From an uncultured Myxococcaceae bacterium (lineage in GTDB: Bacteria; Myxococcota_A; Polyangia; Polyangiales; Ga0077539), in assembly GCA_964447205.1 (NCBI GenBank), contig CAYUSB010000011.1, forward strand, positions 17,450 through 81,449: a DNA stretch of 64,000 bases, read 5' to 3'. This document shows positions 44,503 to 54,064 of the stretch, one piece after another (position 1 is the first letter of the stretch; the number at the start of each line of letters is the position of its first letter). A program made the position numbers and the translations under genes. The notes under the pieces were generated by a model. The model did no database searches. It saw nothing but the letters and a program-made list of their open reading frames with translations, and was not told the DNA's origin.

Positions 44503-46001
44503 CCGTCGTCCTCAGAATCGTAGGTCGCTTCGTCTTCGCCCGGGACCTCGTCCCGCGGACGCCCTGAACTCTGCGATACGGCCGCTCCCCGCGCCACCCG
44601 GAGCAGGGCCCGCGCGAGGGCCCCCCCGAGATCGGCCACCTCGTTGTCGGCTACGGTCCGGGCGTCGAGGAGCAGCCCCCCCGCGATAACACGCCCCACC
44701 ACCGCGGGAGAACCCGCCCGCAAGGCCTCGGCCAGCCCGCCCGGGGAGACCCCCTCTACACGCACGGCCGCGCTCGCGACCCGGGCCTCGGGGAGGGTTC
44801 CGCCCCCGACCCGGCCTTCGCTCGGAACGACCGTGAGCTTCACCCCCGTCGGCAGGGCTCCCTCCGCGAGGGCTCCCCCCACCGCCGCCAGGATGGCCTC
44901 GGCCCGGGCCTCCACCGCACCCACCGGGGCCCCGAGGGCCGCCAACACAGGGAGAGCCGTGACGGCCGTGCCGTCCTCGTACGTCTGCAGAGCCGCGTCG
45001 AGGGCCGCCAGAACCAGCCTCCCCGGCCGCAGGGCGCGCAAGAGCGGGTGCCGACGGAGCCGCTCGACCCACACCCCCTCCCCCGCCACCAGCCCCGCCT
45101 GAGGGCCCCCCAGGAGCTTGTCGCCCGAACACAACACCAGCCCCACCCCCGCGGCCAGGGCCTCGCGGGGGGTAGGTTCGTGCGGGAGCCCGAGGGTCCG
45201 GGTGTCGATCAGGGCCCCCGACCCGAGGTCTTCGACGAAGGCAATCCCCGCCGCCCGGGCCATGTCCGCGATGCCCTCCCGCGGGGCCTCCTCGGTAAAC
45301 CCCCGGAGCACGAAGTTGCTCCGATGCACCCGCAGGATCACCCCCACCTCGGGCCCCATCGCCCGCGCGTAGTCCGCGAGGCGGGTCCGGTTGGTCGTGC
45401 CCACCTCGACCAGCCGGGCCCCGCACGCCGCGATCACGTCGGGGATCCGAAACCCTCCCCCGATCTCGACCAGCTCGCCCCGCGAGACCAGCACCGTCCG
45501 ACCCGCGGCCAGGGCCGTGCAGGCCAGGAGCACCGCCGCCGCGCAGTTGTTGACCACCAGGGCGTCCTCGGCCCCGAGGAGGGCTCCGAGGCGCCGCAGG
45601 AGGGGGCGGTCGCGGTGCCCCCTGCGCCCCGTGGCGAGGTCAAACTCCAGGGCCGTGTAGCCTGTGACGGCCTCGGCGAGGCGGGCCACCTGGGCGGCCC
45701 CGAGGGGGGCCCGGCCGAGGTTGGTGTGCAAGACGACCCCCGTGGCGTTGAGGACCCGACCCCAGGCAGGCTGTCGGGCCCGGGTGACGGCCTCGACCAG
45801 ACGCCGGGCCGCGAGGTCGGTGAGGGCCGCACGGTCGGGGGGGAGGGCTCCCGACAACAAAGGGCCCCGCATCGCGTCCAGGACCTCCGCCAGGAGGACC
45901 CGGGTGGCCTCGCGGGGATGGTGGAGGGCGCGCACCGCGGCGGCCCCGAGCACGGCGTGTGCGGGGGGTAGGGCGCGCAGGGCGGTGGCGTCCCGTTCCA
46001 C
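44499..46001 (-). CDS. selA: L-seryl-tRNA(Sec) selenium transferase
   Basis: Sequence NATGVVLHTNLGRAPL...VNNCAAAVLL...VSRGELVEIGGGFRIPDV...VGTTNRT...VHRSNF. Start is uncertain (GTG 46001 or 46019). Confidence 0.8.
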   Translation of the reverse strand: MERDATALRALPPAHAVLGAAAVRALHHPREATRVLLAEVLDAMRGPLLSGALPPDRAALTDLAARRLVEAVTRARQPAWGRVLNATGVVLHTNLGRAPLGAAQVARLAEAVTGYTALEFDLATGRRGHRDRPLLRRLGALLGAEDALVVNNCAAAVLLACTALAAGRTVLVSRGELVEIGGGFRIPDVIAACGARLVEVGTTNRTRLADYARAMGPEVGVILRVHRSNFVLRGFTEEAPREGIADMARAAGIAFVEDLGSGALIDTRTLGLPHEPTPREALAAGVGLVLCSGDKLLGGPQAGLVAGEGVWVERLRRHPLLRALRPGRLVLAALDAALQTYEDGTAVTALPVLAALGAPVGAVEARAEAILAAVGGALAEGALPTGVKLTVVPSEGRVGGGTLPEARVASAAVRVEGVSPGGLAEALRAGSPAVVGRVIAGGLLLDARTVADNEVADLGGALARALLRVARGAAVSQSSGRPRDEVPGEDEATYDSEDDG

Positions 46002-46174
46002 AGGGCGAGACCCTACCACCAGGACCGCGGGCGATGCCCAATAGTTGCAGCCCGGGTCTGGTACAACGCCCGTCGGCCGAGCGCCCCCGGCGGCTTGACA
46101 CCCAGAACCGATGGGGTTCTCATCGGAGTCCACTTCACGCAGCAGGGCCTCGCACCCCCCGGAGTCCGCCCACC

Positions 46175-46834
46175 ATGGACCGTCGCCCTTCTCCCGCCCC
46201 TGCGTCCTCCCCCTTGCCCTCGCTCGACGAGGTTCGTACGGAGGGGCCGACCCCGCCCGAGCCGCGCGGGCCCGAGCCGGGAGCATCGGGTCGTCGGATG
46301 GTGTCCCTCACCGTGGCCGCCGGGGTGGCCGCCGTCGCGGGGGGAGCGGTCTATGCCGCCGACGCCCCCGTGTGCGGGACGACCCGGGTCGACGAGCTCC
46401 AGGCCCACGCGAGCACCGCAGCCCAGAGCCTGCGCCGCGGAGACGTGTCTCAGACCGTCCGCGAGATCGGCCTCGCATTGGGGTGGGTGCGCCACACGAC
46501 CACGACCCCGCACGGCCCGATCGAGCCCGACATCCCCTCGCCCGGGGAGGCCCCGACGGTCACCACGGCGCCCCTCGAATCGCCCCCCATCCATCGCCCC
46601 GGGGCCGAGATGCGGGTCAACCCCACGCCCCCCCCGGTCGTCGACGGGGCCGTCCCGCGGGTGCAGCCCACGCCGCCGCGGGTGACCGCGCCTCCCCCGG
46701 GAGCCCCGCCCCGCGTGCAGCCGTCGTCGCCGCACGACGGTCGCGTCCAGCCCCACCCCGAGTCCCCCGTGCAGATCCAAGGGGGGATCTCCTCGGTCAC
46801 CCTGCACCCCGCCCCCACCACCCGCCGGGGCTGA
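46175..46834 (+). CDS. Pro-rich hypothetical protein with one TM-like segment
   Basis: ATG 46175. Segment MVSLTVAAGVAAVAGGAVYAA. Repeated PRVQP motifs near the C-terminus. Confidence 0.4.
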   Translation: MDRRPSPAPASSPLPSLDEVRTEGPTPPEPRGPEPGASGRRMVSLTVAAGVAAVAGGAVYAADAPVCGTTRVDELQAHASTAAQSLRRGDVSQTVREIGLALGWVRHTTTTPHGPIEPDIPSPGEAPTVTTAPLESPPIHRPGAEMRVNPTPPPVVDGAVPRVQPTPPRVTAPPPGAPPRVQPSSPHDGRVQPHPESPVQIQGGISSVTLHPAPTTRRG

Positions 46835-46900
46835 AACCCGCCCGTTTCTTCCCGCGGGATCGTCTCCTCGCCGAATGCCCGCTACACCCCGCCTCCCGCC

Positions 46901-47848
46901 ATGACTCCCGCCCTGCCCGCGACGGCCGCTGCCGACCTCGCTCAGGCCCCGCCGCCTGCCCACGACCCCGCCGTCGTCATCGCGGCGGTCGAGGCGGCCC
47001 TGCCCGGAGCCCGGGTCACCACCATCACTCCGCTCTGGGGCGGCATGTCGGCCGAGCTCCACGCCCTCGTGTTCGAGGATGGGCGCGAGGTCGTCGTGCG
47101 CTATCCGCACCCCTACCAGGGCACCCTCCACCCCGACCCTGTGGCCCACGAGCGCGACACCCTCGCGGCCTTGTACGCCGCCGGGTTGCCCGTCCCGGCT
47201 CCCCTCGCGATTGCGGGTTCGGGCGACGACCGCTGCCTCGTGATGCAGCGCCTGCCCGGCCATCCTCTCGTCGCGCCCTCCGACCCCGATCACTACGTGC
47301 GGGTGATGGCCGAGACCCTCGCCCACATCCACACGACCCCCGTCGCGGCCTTCGGGTTTCTGCCTGAGACCCGCTCCAGCCCGAAGCCGCCAGGAGCGTC
47401 CATGGACGACGACCTGCGAGAGTCCGAGGTCCGGGCGGCCCTGGGACGTTGGGGTGCGGTGACGCTCGGCCCGACGGTGCTGCGCCACGGCGACTTCTGG
47501 CCCGGCAACGTGCTCTGGGTGGACGACCGGCTGACGGGGGTGATCGACTGGGAGAACGCCCTCCGCGGCCCTGCCCTGGCCGACCTCGCCATCACCCGCC
47601 TCGACCTGTGGTGGGCCCTCGGACGCGCGGCCATGGAGGCCTTTACGGCCCACTACCTCCGCCTCCACCCCCTCCCCCTCGACCTCCTCCCCTACTGGGA
47701 CCTGCGCACCGCCCTGCGCCCCATGGGCGACCTCGCCGGGTGGTCGGCCCCCTACGCCGCCCTCGGGCGCTTCGACGTGACCCACGCCACCATGCGGGCA
47801 GACCTCCTGGCCTTCCTCGACCAGGCCCTGTCCCATCCCAGCTCCTGA
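46901..47848 (+). CDS. aminoglycoside/choline-kinase-like phosphotransferase (APH family)
   Basis: Catalytic block LRHGDFWPGNVLWVDDRLTGVIDWENA. Confidence 0.8.
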   Translation: MTPALPATAAADLAQAPPPAHDPAVVIAAVEAALPGARVTTITPLWGGMSAELHALVFEDGREVVVRYPHPYQGTLHPDPVAHERDTLAALYAAGLPVPAPLAIAGSGDDRCLVMQRLPGHPLVAPSDPDHYVRVMAETLAHIHTTPVAAFGFLPETRSSPKPPGASMDDDLRESEVRAALGRWGAVTLGPTVLRHGDFWPGNVLWVDDRLTGVIDWENALRGPALADLAITRLDLWWALGRAAMEAFTAHYLRLHPLPLDLLPYWDLRTALRPMGDLAGWSAPYAALGRFDVTHATMRADLLAFLDQALSHPSS

Positions 47849-48006
47849 CTACGCATTGGCCCAAGGTGTAGGTGGATGTGGGTATCCCGGCGTGCCCCCA
47901 CCCCCCGGCCCCCGCCCCCGCGGGAGCGAGGGCAGGGGGGGGGTGGGGGCACGTCGAGCTGCCTACACCAACCTACACTATTAGCTAATGCGTAGCAGCT
48001 CCTGAC
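47839..48006. mobile_element. MITE-like palindromic insert (146 bp) flanked by an 11-bp direct repeat
   Basis: CAGCTCCTGAC at 47839-47849 and 47996-48006. Ends TACGCATT (47850) and AATGCGTA (47987-47994) are inverted. Internal arms GTGCCCCCACCCCCC / GGGGGGGTGGGGGCAC are inverted. Confidence 0.6.
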
Positions 48007-48112
48007 CAGGGGGCGAGCCCGACGCTCTCCCGCGTCGACGTGCGCCCGCGACCGTCCATCGTGGCAGCCGAAGAGGCCGTGCATGAATGGTTGAGGGCCT
48101 GCATCCAACGCA

Positions 48113-51100
48113 GTGAAGATGGGGAAATTCACATCGCCGCTGTGCAGAGATGCGTGGCCCGTCACCGGCCTGACACTTATAATTGCTGGACTCGGATCCG
48201 GATGCGCCATGGATGCGCCAGAAACAGCGCTCCCTGCCGGGTCGGTGCTGCCATCCGCACCGCTTGCGCTCGCGCCGAGTCAGGGCGGGGTTACGCTCCT
48301 TTGGGCGGGCCTGCAGCCGCTGTCGGCGCAGGTCACGAGCGAGGGCCTGGGGCCCGTCTCCGAGACGCGACGCGAGGCCGACGGCACAGTCACGCTGGTG
48401 CACCGCGGCGGGGTCGAGGAGCGCTGGACGGTGACCTCCGCCGAGGCCGAGCAGTCGTGGCGGTTTCCGTCGCGTCCGGCGGGCGATCGCATCGCGGTCG
48501 ACGTGGATTTCGAGGGGGCGCGCTTCGAGCACGTCGGCGACGACGGGGTGTGGCTGCGTCTGCCCACGGGCGAGACGATTCGTTACGGGCACGCGACCTG
48601 GGTCGACGCCGCCGGTCGACGCACCGCGGTCCGCTCCCGTTGGAACGGCGCCCGGGTGGCGCTCGAAGTCCCCGCCGAGGTCGTCGCCGCCACCGCGTGG
48701 CCGGCGGTGCTCGACCCGCTGGTGTCGCGGGTGTTCGCGGTCGACTCGGCCATTGTCTCCTACCCCCGCACCAGAATGGAGCGCCCGGCCGCAGCCTTCA
48801 ACAACGGCGTCCACCTCGCCGCGTGGCTCGCGCACGTCCCCATCGACGGACGTTTTACGACGTACCCCGCCATCCAGTTTGCCCGGGTGAGCCCCACGGG
48901 CGTGGTGCTCGACCCCTACGGCATCAACGCGCCCCATCGGACCGCCAACCGTCGTAATCCGACCGTCGCCGCGTTCGGGTCGGGTTTCCTCCTCGCGTGG
49001 GACGAGGATGGCGGCCAGTCCTTCGCCGTCCGCGTCGACGTCGGGGGCCGCGTGCTGGATCTCACCCCCACGAGGCTCAACCTCGGCCACTCGCCCGCGG
49101 CGGCCTGCCACCCCGACGGCTGCGTCGTCGTCACCACGGCCGGGGCGGTGCGGCTGGGGGCCGACGGCGCGGTGCTCGGCCCGGCGGCGAGCGCGATCCC
49201 CTCGGGCCTGGAGTCGCCAACGATCGTACGCACCGCCAGCGGGTACGTGGCCGCCTGGGCGGCGCGGCCCCTCGGGGGGCCGAGCGACGTGTTTTTCCTC
49301 CGCCTCCGTCGCGACGGCACGGCCATCGACACGGCGCCGCAGACCGCGACCTTCGCGGCGTCCAACCGCCAGACGCCCCGCATCGCGTCGGATGGCACCC
49401 GCGCCCTGCTGGTCTGGAACGCCACGGTCGGCAGCGGCTCCCGCGCCCCCGGCATCTACGGGGTGGTCATCCCGCCGAGCGGCCCCGCGCCGACCTCGCC
49501 CCTCTTCTTCTCCACGACCTCGCCGTCGCTCCCGGATGTGGCGTGGGACGGGGTCAACTACCTCGTCACCTGGCAGACCCACCCCTTCGGCACGGTGCGG
49601 GTGACGCCGTCGGGGACCATCCTCGACACCACGCCGCGCCTGGTAGAGCCCACAACCCCGCTGGCGGCGGGGGCCCCAGTGCTCAGCGTTGGCACCGGCG
49701 GGCCGCAGGCGTTCTGGCTGTGGTCTGGCGACGGCACGTCGTACACCACGCGCCTCGGGCCCGACGGGCGCTCCGTCGCGCCGCCGGTGCGGCTGTCCCT
49801 CGCCGCGACACTCCAAGTGTCACCCGCCAGCGCGTGGGACGGGAACCAGTTCGTCGTGGCCTGGCTCGACACGGTCGACCCCACGACCGCGGGCCAGCAG
49901 GTGGTGCGTGCGGCGCGAATCACCCGCACGGGTGCGGTGCTCGACCGGCCCCCGCTCATCCTCACGAGCGCCCGGGACGCGCGCGCTCCGTCCGAGATCG
50001 CGACGGACGGCAACAACTACGCCGCGCTGGCGTCTGGATCGAGCGATCCGAGCCCGGTCTCCGCGGTGCGCTTCACCGCCGCCGGGCCCTCCCCCGGGGG
50101 CTACACGCCCTTCGGCCCCACGAGCGTCAACGCCTTCCTTGGTTTCCAGTGGATCCGGGGCCGCACCAACAACCTCCTGCTGACGCGAGACCGGCGGGCG
50201 ACGCGAATGAGCGGCTCCGGTGCGGTGCTCGATGCCTTCCCCATCCCGCTGGGCTGGCCCTACGCCCACCGCGGCGGCTTCGACGGCAACAACTACTTCA
50301 TCGTAGGGGGCGGCTACGGCGCGCGGATCACCGCGGACGGCGACCTCATCGACACGACACCACGCCGACTCGACCCGATGCCGCTCATCAGCTCGCAGTT
50401 CAACACCTACACCTCCTCGGTCTCCTATGCGGGCGGCAGCTACCTGGTGACCTGGCGGTCGGGGGGCAATGTGTTGGGCATCATCGTTCGCACCACCGCC
50501 GAGGTGGCCGATGTGACGCCGCGCACCTTCGGGCCGGCGAACAACTACTGGCAGACGGCAGACGGCATCAACCACGTGCTGGTCTACCAATCCAGTGCGG
50601 GCGCCCTGTCGGCCCAGCGGGTCAACGCGGCCGGGGCGCCGATCGACCCCACCCCGCTGCCGCTCTCGACAGGGCACCCGTTCTACGCGACGGAGGTGTC
50701 GGTCGCGTCCAACTCCACCGGCCAGACCCTGGTGACCTCCACGCAGTTTGACCCCGCCGTCAACGCATCGCGGGTCGTCGTGCAGATCATCGACACAACC
50801 GCTACGGGCATTGAAGACGCGGGCGTCGACGCCGGGCCGGTCGACAGCGGGCCGGTTGATGGGGGCGTCGACAGCGGGCCGGTCGACAGCGGCGTGGTCA
50901 CCGACAACGGACCCGCGGACGGCGGCCCCACCATGGACGACGCGAGCGCAGACGCGGGACGCGACGTCGGGGTCTCGCCGCTCGACGTGGGGCGCGATAT
51001 GGGCGTGGACGTTTTCGTTGACGCCGGGGCCGTCCCCATCGGCGACGCGGCGACGGACGCGACGTCCGCAGCCGATGCGCCCGTAGGGGGAGGGGACACT

Positions 51101-51232
51101 GGCGGCGGGTTCTGCACGGCGCGCCCCGGGTCGTCCGGTCGGCATACCGGCGAGGGATGGCTGGTCGCAGGCATCGTGGCAGTGGCCGCTGGGCGTCGGC
51201 GCAAACGCCCCGCACAAGCGACCGGTCGCTGA
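48113..51232 (+). CDS. 1039-aa lipoprotein with MYXO-CTERM-like C-terminal sorting signal
   Basis: Lipobox IIAGLGSGC. Long beta-rich body. PVDSG repeats. C-terminus GGGFCTARP...WLVAGIVAVAAGRRRKR (Cys, hydrophobic helix, Arg cluster). Confidence 0.75.
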   Translation: MKMGKFTSPLCRDAWPVTGLTLIIAGLGSGCAMDAPETALPAGSVLPSAPLALAPSQGGVTLLWAGLQPLSAQVTSEGLGPVSETRREADGTVTLVHRGGVEERWTVTSAEAEQSWRFPSRPAGDRIAVDVDFEGARFEHVGDDGVWLRLPTGETIRYGHATWVDAAGRRTAVRSRWNGARVALEVPAEVVAATAWPAVLDPLVSRVFAVDSAIVSYPRTRMERPAAAFNNGVHLAAWLAHVPIDGRFTTYPAIQFARVSPTGVVLDPYGINAPHRTANRRNPTVAAFGSGFLLAWDEDGGQSFAVRVDVGGRVLDLTPTRLNLGHSPAAACHPDGCVVVTTAGAVRLGADGAVLGPAASAIPSGLESPTIVRTASGYVAAWAARPLGGPSDVFFLRLRRDGTAIDTAPQTATFAASNRQTPRIASDGTRALLVWNATVGSGSRAPGIYGVVIPPSGPAPTSPLFFSTTSPSLPDVAWDGVNYLVTWQTHPFGTVRVTPSGTILDTTPRLVEPTTPLAAGAPVLSVGTGGPQAFWLWSGDGTSYTTRLGPDGRSVAPPVRLSLAATLQVSPASAWDGNQFVVAWLDTVDPTTAGQQVVRAARITRTGAVLDRPPLILTSARDARAPSEIATDGNNYAALASGSSDPSPVSAVRFTAAGPSPGGYTPFGPTSVNAFLGFQWIRGRTNNLLLTRDRRATRMSGSGAVLDAFPIPLGWPYAHRGGFDGNNYFIVGGGYGARITADGDLIDTTPRRLDPMPLISSQFNTYTSSVSYAGGSYLVTWRSGGNVLGIIVRTTAEVADVTPRTFGPANNYWQTADGINHVLVYQSSAGALSAQRVNAAGAPIDPTPLPLSTGHPFYATEVSVASNSTGQTLVTSTQFDPAVNASRVVVQIIDTTATGIEDAGVDAGPVDSGPVDGGVDSGPVDSGVVTDNGPADGGPTMDDASADAGRDVGVSPLDVGRDMGVDVFVDAGAVPIGDAATDATSAADAPVGGGDTGGGFCTARPGSSGRHTGEGWLVAGIVAVAAGRRRKRPAQATGR

Positions 51233-51343
51233 GGTCTCCTGCGTACCGCTCCGCACACGTCCGAACCCACCTCAGCGGTCCCTGACCAGGGTCGAGCTCG
51301 ATCCCCCTTCGCCTCGGCCCCGTGAGGCATTACCCTCCGCCCC

Positions 51344-52153
51344 ATGACCCCACGCACGGACGTGTTTCGCGAGGGACTCCTCGTCGGCAAGAGCGCCTTC
51401 ATCACCGGCGGCACCAGCGGGATCAACCTCGCCATCGCCGAACGCCTCGTGCGCGCGGGGGCCTCGGTCGCCATCCTCGGGCGCAAGGCCGACAAGGCCG
51501 AGGCCGCGGCCGAGCGGCTCCGAGCGGCGGCCTATGGGGGAGCGAAGGTCTTGCCGCTCCTGGCGGACGTACGCGACTACGAGACCCTGTCGGCCCGCCT
51601 CGGCGAGGCCCGGGCCGCTCACGGCGAGATCGACGTGCTCGTGTGCGGGGCCGCGGGCAACTTCCCCGCGCCTGCCCTGGGGATGTCGGCCAATGGGTTC
51701 AAGGCGGTGGTGGACATCGACCTCCTGGGCACCTTCAACGCCTGCCGGGCGGCGTACGAGCACCTGCGTAAACCCGGAGCCGCGGTGGTCAACGTGTCGG
51801 CCCCCCAGGCCTTCATGCCCACTGCGATGCAGGCCCATGTGTGTGCGGCCAAGAGCGGGGTCGACATGGTCACCCGGGTGCTTGCCATCGAGTGGGGGGC
51901 GGCGGGGGTTCGGGTCAATAGCATCTCGCCCGGACCCGTCGAGGGCACCGAGGGGATGGCGCGACTCACGCCCACCGACGAGGCCCGCCGCCGGGTCGAG
52001 GGGGGCATCCCCGTCGGGCGCTTCGCCACCGGGGAGGAGATCGCCGACGTGGCCTTCTTCCTCGCCTCCCCCGCGGCCTCGTACATCACCGGGGCCGTGA
52101 TGGTGTGCGACGGAGGCTGGTCGCTCCTGGGCTCTGGGGTGCTGTTCGGCTGA
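51344..52153 (+). CDS. short-chain dehydrogenase/reductase (dienoyl-CoA-reductase-like)
   Basis: Motif ITGGTSGINLAIAERL; SDR-family length and layout. Confidence 0.8.
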   Translation: MTPRTDVFREGLLVGKSAFITGGTSGINLAIAERLVRAGASVAILGRKADKAEAAAERLRAAAYGGAKVLPLLADVRDYETLSARLGEARAAHGEIDVLVCGAAGNFPAPALGMSANGFKAVVDIDLLGTFNACRAAYEHLRKPGAAVVNVSAPQAFMPTAMQAHVCAAKSGVDMVTRVLAIEWGAAGVRVNSISPGPVEGTEGMARLTPTDEARRRVEGGIPVGRFATGEEIADVAFFLASPAASYITGAVMVCDGGWSLLGSGVLFG

Positions 52154-52170
52154 GCCCCGCCACCGTCCGC

Positions 52171-52464
52171 TCAGTCGCCCCGGCACATCCGTCGGCCGTC
52201 CTTGCTCCGGCAGCGGAGGTTGTCGGCGCAGTCGCCGTCGACGCTGCAGGGCTGCCAGCAGATGCGCCCCTCGCAGTAGCCGCCGCTGGGGCAGTCGCGG
52301 TCCGACCCGCAGCCCGCCGTGCACATCCCGCGGCCGCACTTGCCCTCCGTGCAGCAGTAGAGTCCGCCGTTGCAGCTCCGGGCGTCACTGCGGCAGTCGT
52401 CGCCCAGGGGCGCGGTGCAGGCTCCGACCGACAGGGCCGCGGATACGAAGAACGCCTTCCACAT
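52171..52464 (-). CDS. small Cys-rich lipoprotein
   Basis: ATG 52464. Product MWKAFFVSAALSVGAC followed by 16 Cys in about 80 aa. Confidence 0.6.
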   Translation of the reverse strand: MWKAFFVSAALSVGACTAPLGDDCRSDARSCNGGLYCCTEGKCGRGMCTAGCGSDRDCPSGGYCEGRICWQPCSVDGDCADNLRCRSKDGRRMCRGD

Positions 52465-52562
52465 GGTGCCGAACTCCTTGAAGGTTGCCGCGCACAGGCG
52501 CAGACCAGCCCACGAGAGTGCCACAGGCCATCGCCCAAGGGGGGCCCAACGCGACGGGGACC

Positions 52563-53982
52563 CTACAGACAGTCAAAAGCCGCGAGAAAGGTCTGCCGTG
52601 TCCGCGTCGGCCCGGAGGTCGCCCCGCTCCAGTGGACGACCAGGAAGGCCCCGTCGGAGGCCAGGGACACGCCCGTGCTCGCCCCCCACGGAGCCGCCGC
52701 CGGGACGGGCACCCGAACCCGCGCGGTGACCGACCCGGTGCCAGGGTCGACCCGGAGCAGCTCCAGCGCGGCCGAGGCCGGGGCAGCCTCCTCCCCGTGA
52801 AGGACGGCCACGAACAACCCCTGCGGCGTCGCGAGGAGGGCGGGCGGGGCGCTCCCGGGTCGGGCCGCGGTGCCGAGGTCGAGGGTGCTCCGGGTCCCGT
52901 CGGACAGGCTCACCCGCTCCAGGCGATGGGTCCCAGTCCGGGCCGGGGCCACCATCGCGAGGGTGTCTCCGTCGGGCCAGAACCCCAGGGCAGGCCCCAC
53001 CCCTTCGACCCCCGGGTCGTACCGAAACCCCTCGACCCGGCGACGACGCACCGCGCCCATGCTCGGGCCCTCCACCTCGCCGAGCTCGACGAATCCCCCG
53101 GAGCGAACCGCGCTCACGAAGTGGAACCGCCCTCCCCCGGGATGGGCCACCAGGCTGACCCCGACCCCTTCCCGCGGCAGCTCGACGAGGGCGGGTCCGA
53201 GCGACTCGATGCCGCTCCCGCCGCGGTTGGTGCGGGCCAACCAGACTTCGGGCAGGCCGCGCCGCACGACGATTTCGGTGGCCATGAGCAGGGTGTCGGA
53301 GGCCGCCGCGAGCCCGACGCACCCGGTGGCTCCTACGTACGACCGGCTCTCGGCGAGGCGCTCGTAGGGGCCGCGGTACCGCACGACCTCTGCGGCCGCT
53401 CCCCCGGTTCCGGGCCATCGGCACAGGGCCAGGGCCTCGTCCTGGGCGATCGTGGGCGTCGGACCCGACGCGGCGAAGAGCACCCGGGGCGCGACCTCGA
53501 CCCGAAAGCCCGCCCCGGGGCTGTACCGAAAGCGCATGGCCCGCGCCTGCGAGAAGGTGTCGTCGTCCTCGGCCAGCGCGCAGGGTGACCGCGTCTGCGT
53601 CGTCGCAGCCCTCCAGGCGCTCGACCACGGCGTCCATCCACTGGGTGAGATGCTGACGCGTCTCGCTGCGGTCCACCAACCAGCACCCCACCCGGGTGAA
53701 GCGTACAGGGCGCCCCTCTCGAAACGGACCTCGCCCCGGAGCGGGATCGGGCACCACCTGCACGTCCAGCACATCGTCGCCCTCCCGATGGATGCGGAGG
53801 TCGGGCAGGACATCACCTTCTTCCGCCGCCCGAAGCCCGTGGCGACCGAGCCAGGCCACTACGTCTGGCTGGGTGTGATCCCACCGAGGGGTCCGCTCTC
53901 TTCCCGGCCCACGATGCCCCGGGAGCGTCTCCTCCCAGAGGTACCACCCGTTGCTGACGAGCCACTCGGCCCGCGGCATCAA
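52563..53982 (-). pseudogene. frameshifted hypothetical gene (N-terminal part in frame of ORF 52573..53982, remainder in frame of ORF 52563..53816)
   Basis: Plausible protein sequence and the GC1>GC2 pattern switch frame near 53565-53590 (...DDADAVTLRA|LAEDDDTFSQARAMRF...). After the switch GC3 is about 90% in the second frame only. No stop separates the two parts. Confidence 0.5.
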
Positions 53983-54064
53983 CGGCCCCTAGATCCCGTC
54001 GCGGAGCGAACGCGTGCGGAGGTCAATCAGCGAAGACAGGGCGTCGTCGCCGTCGAAGATCTCT

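Noticed and set aside
46002-46174. tRNA-Sec (selC) or another tRNA next to selA
   Set aside because: No GTTCGAATC-type T-loop or acceptor-stem pairing is visible by eye. This should be confirmed with tRNAscan-SE.
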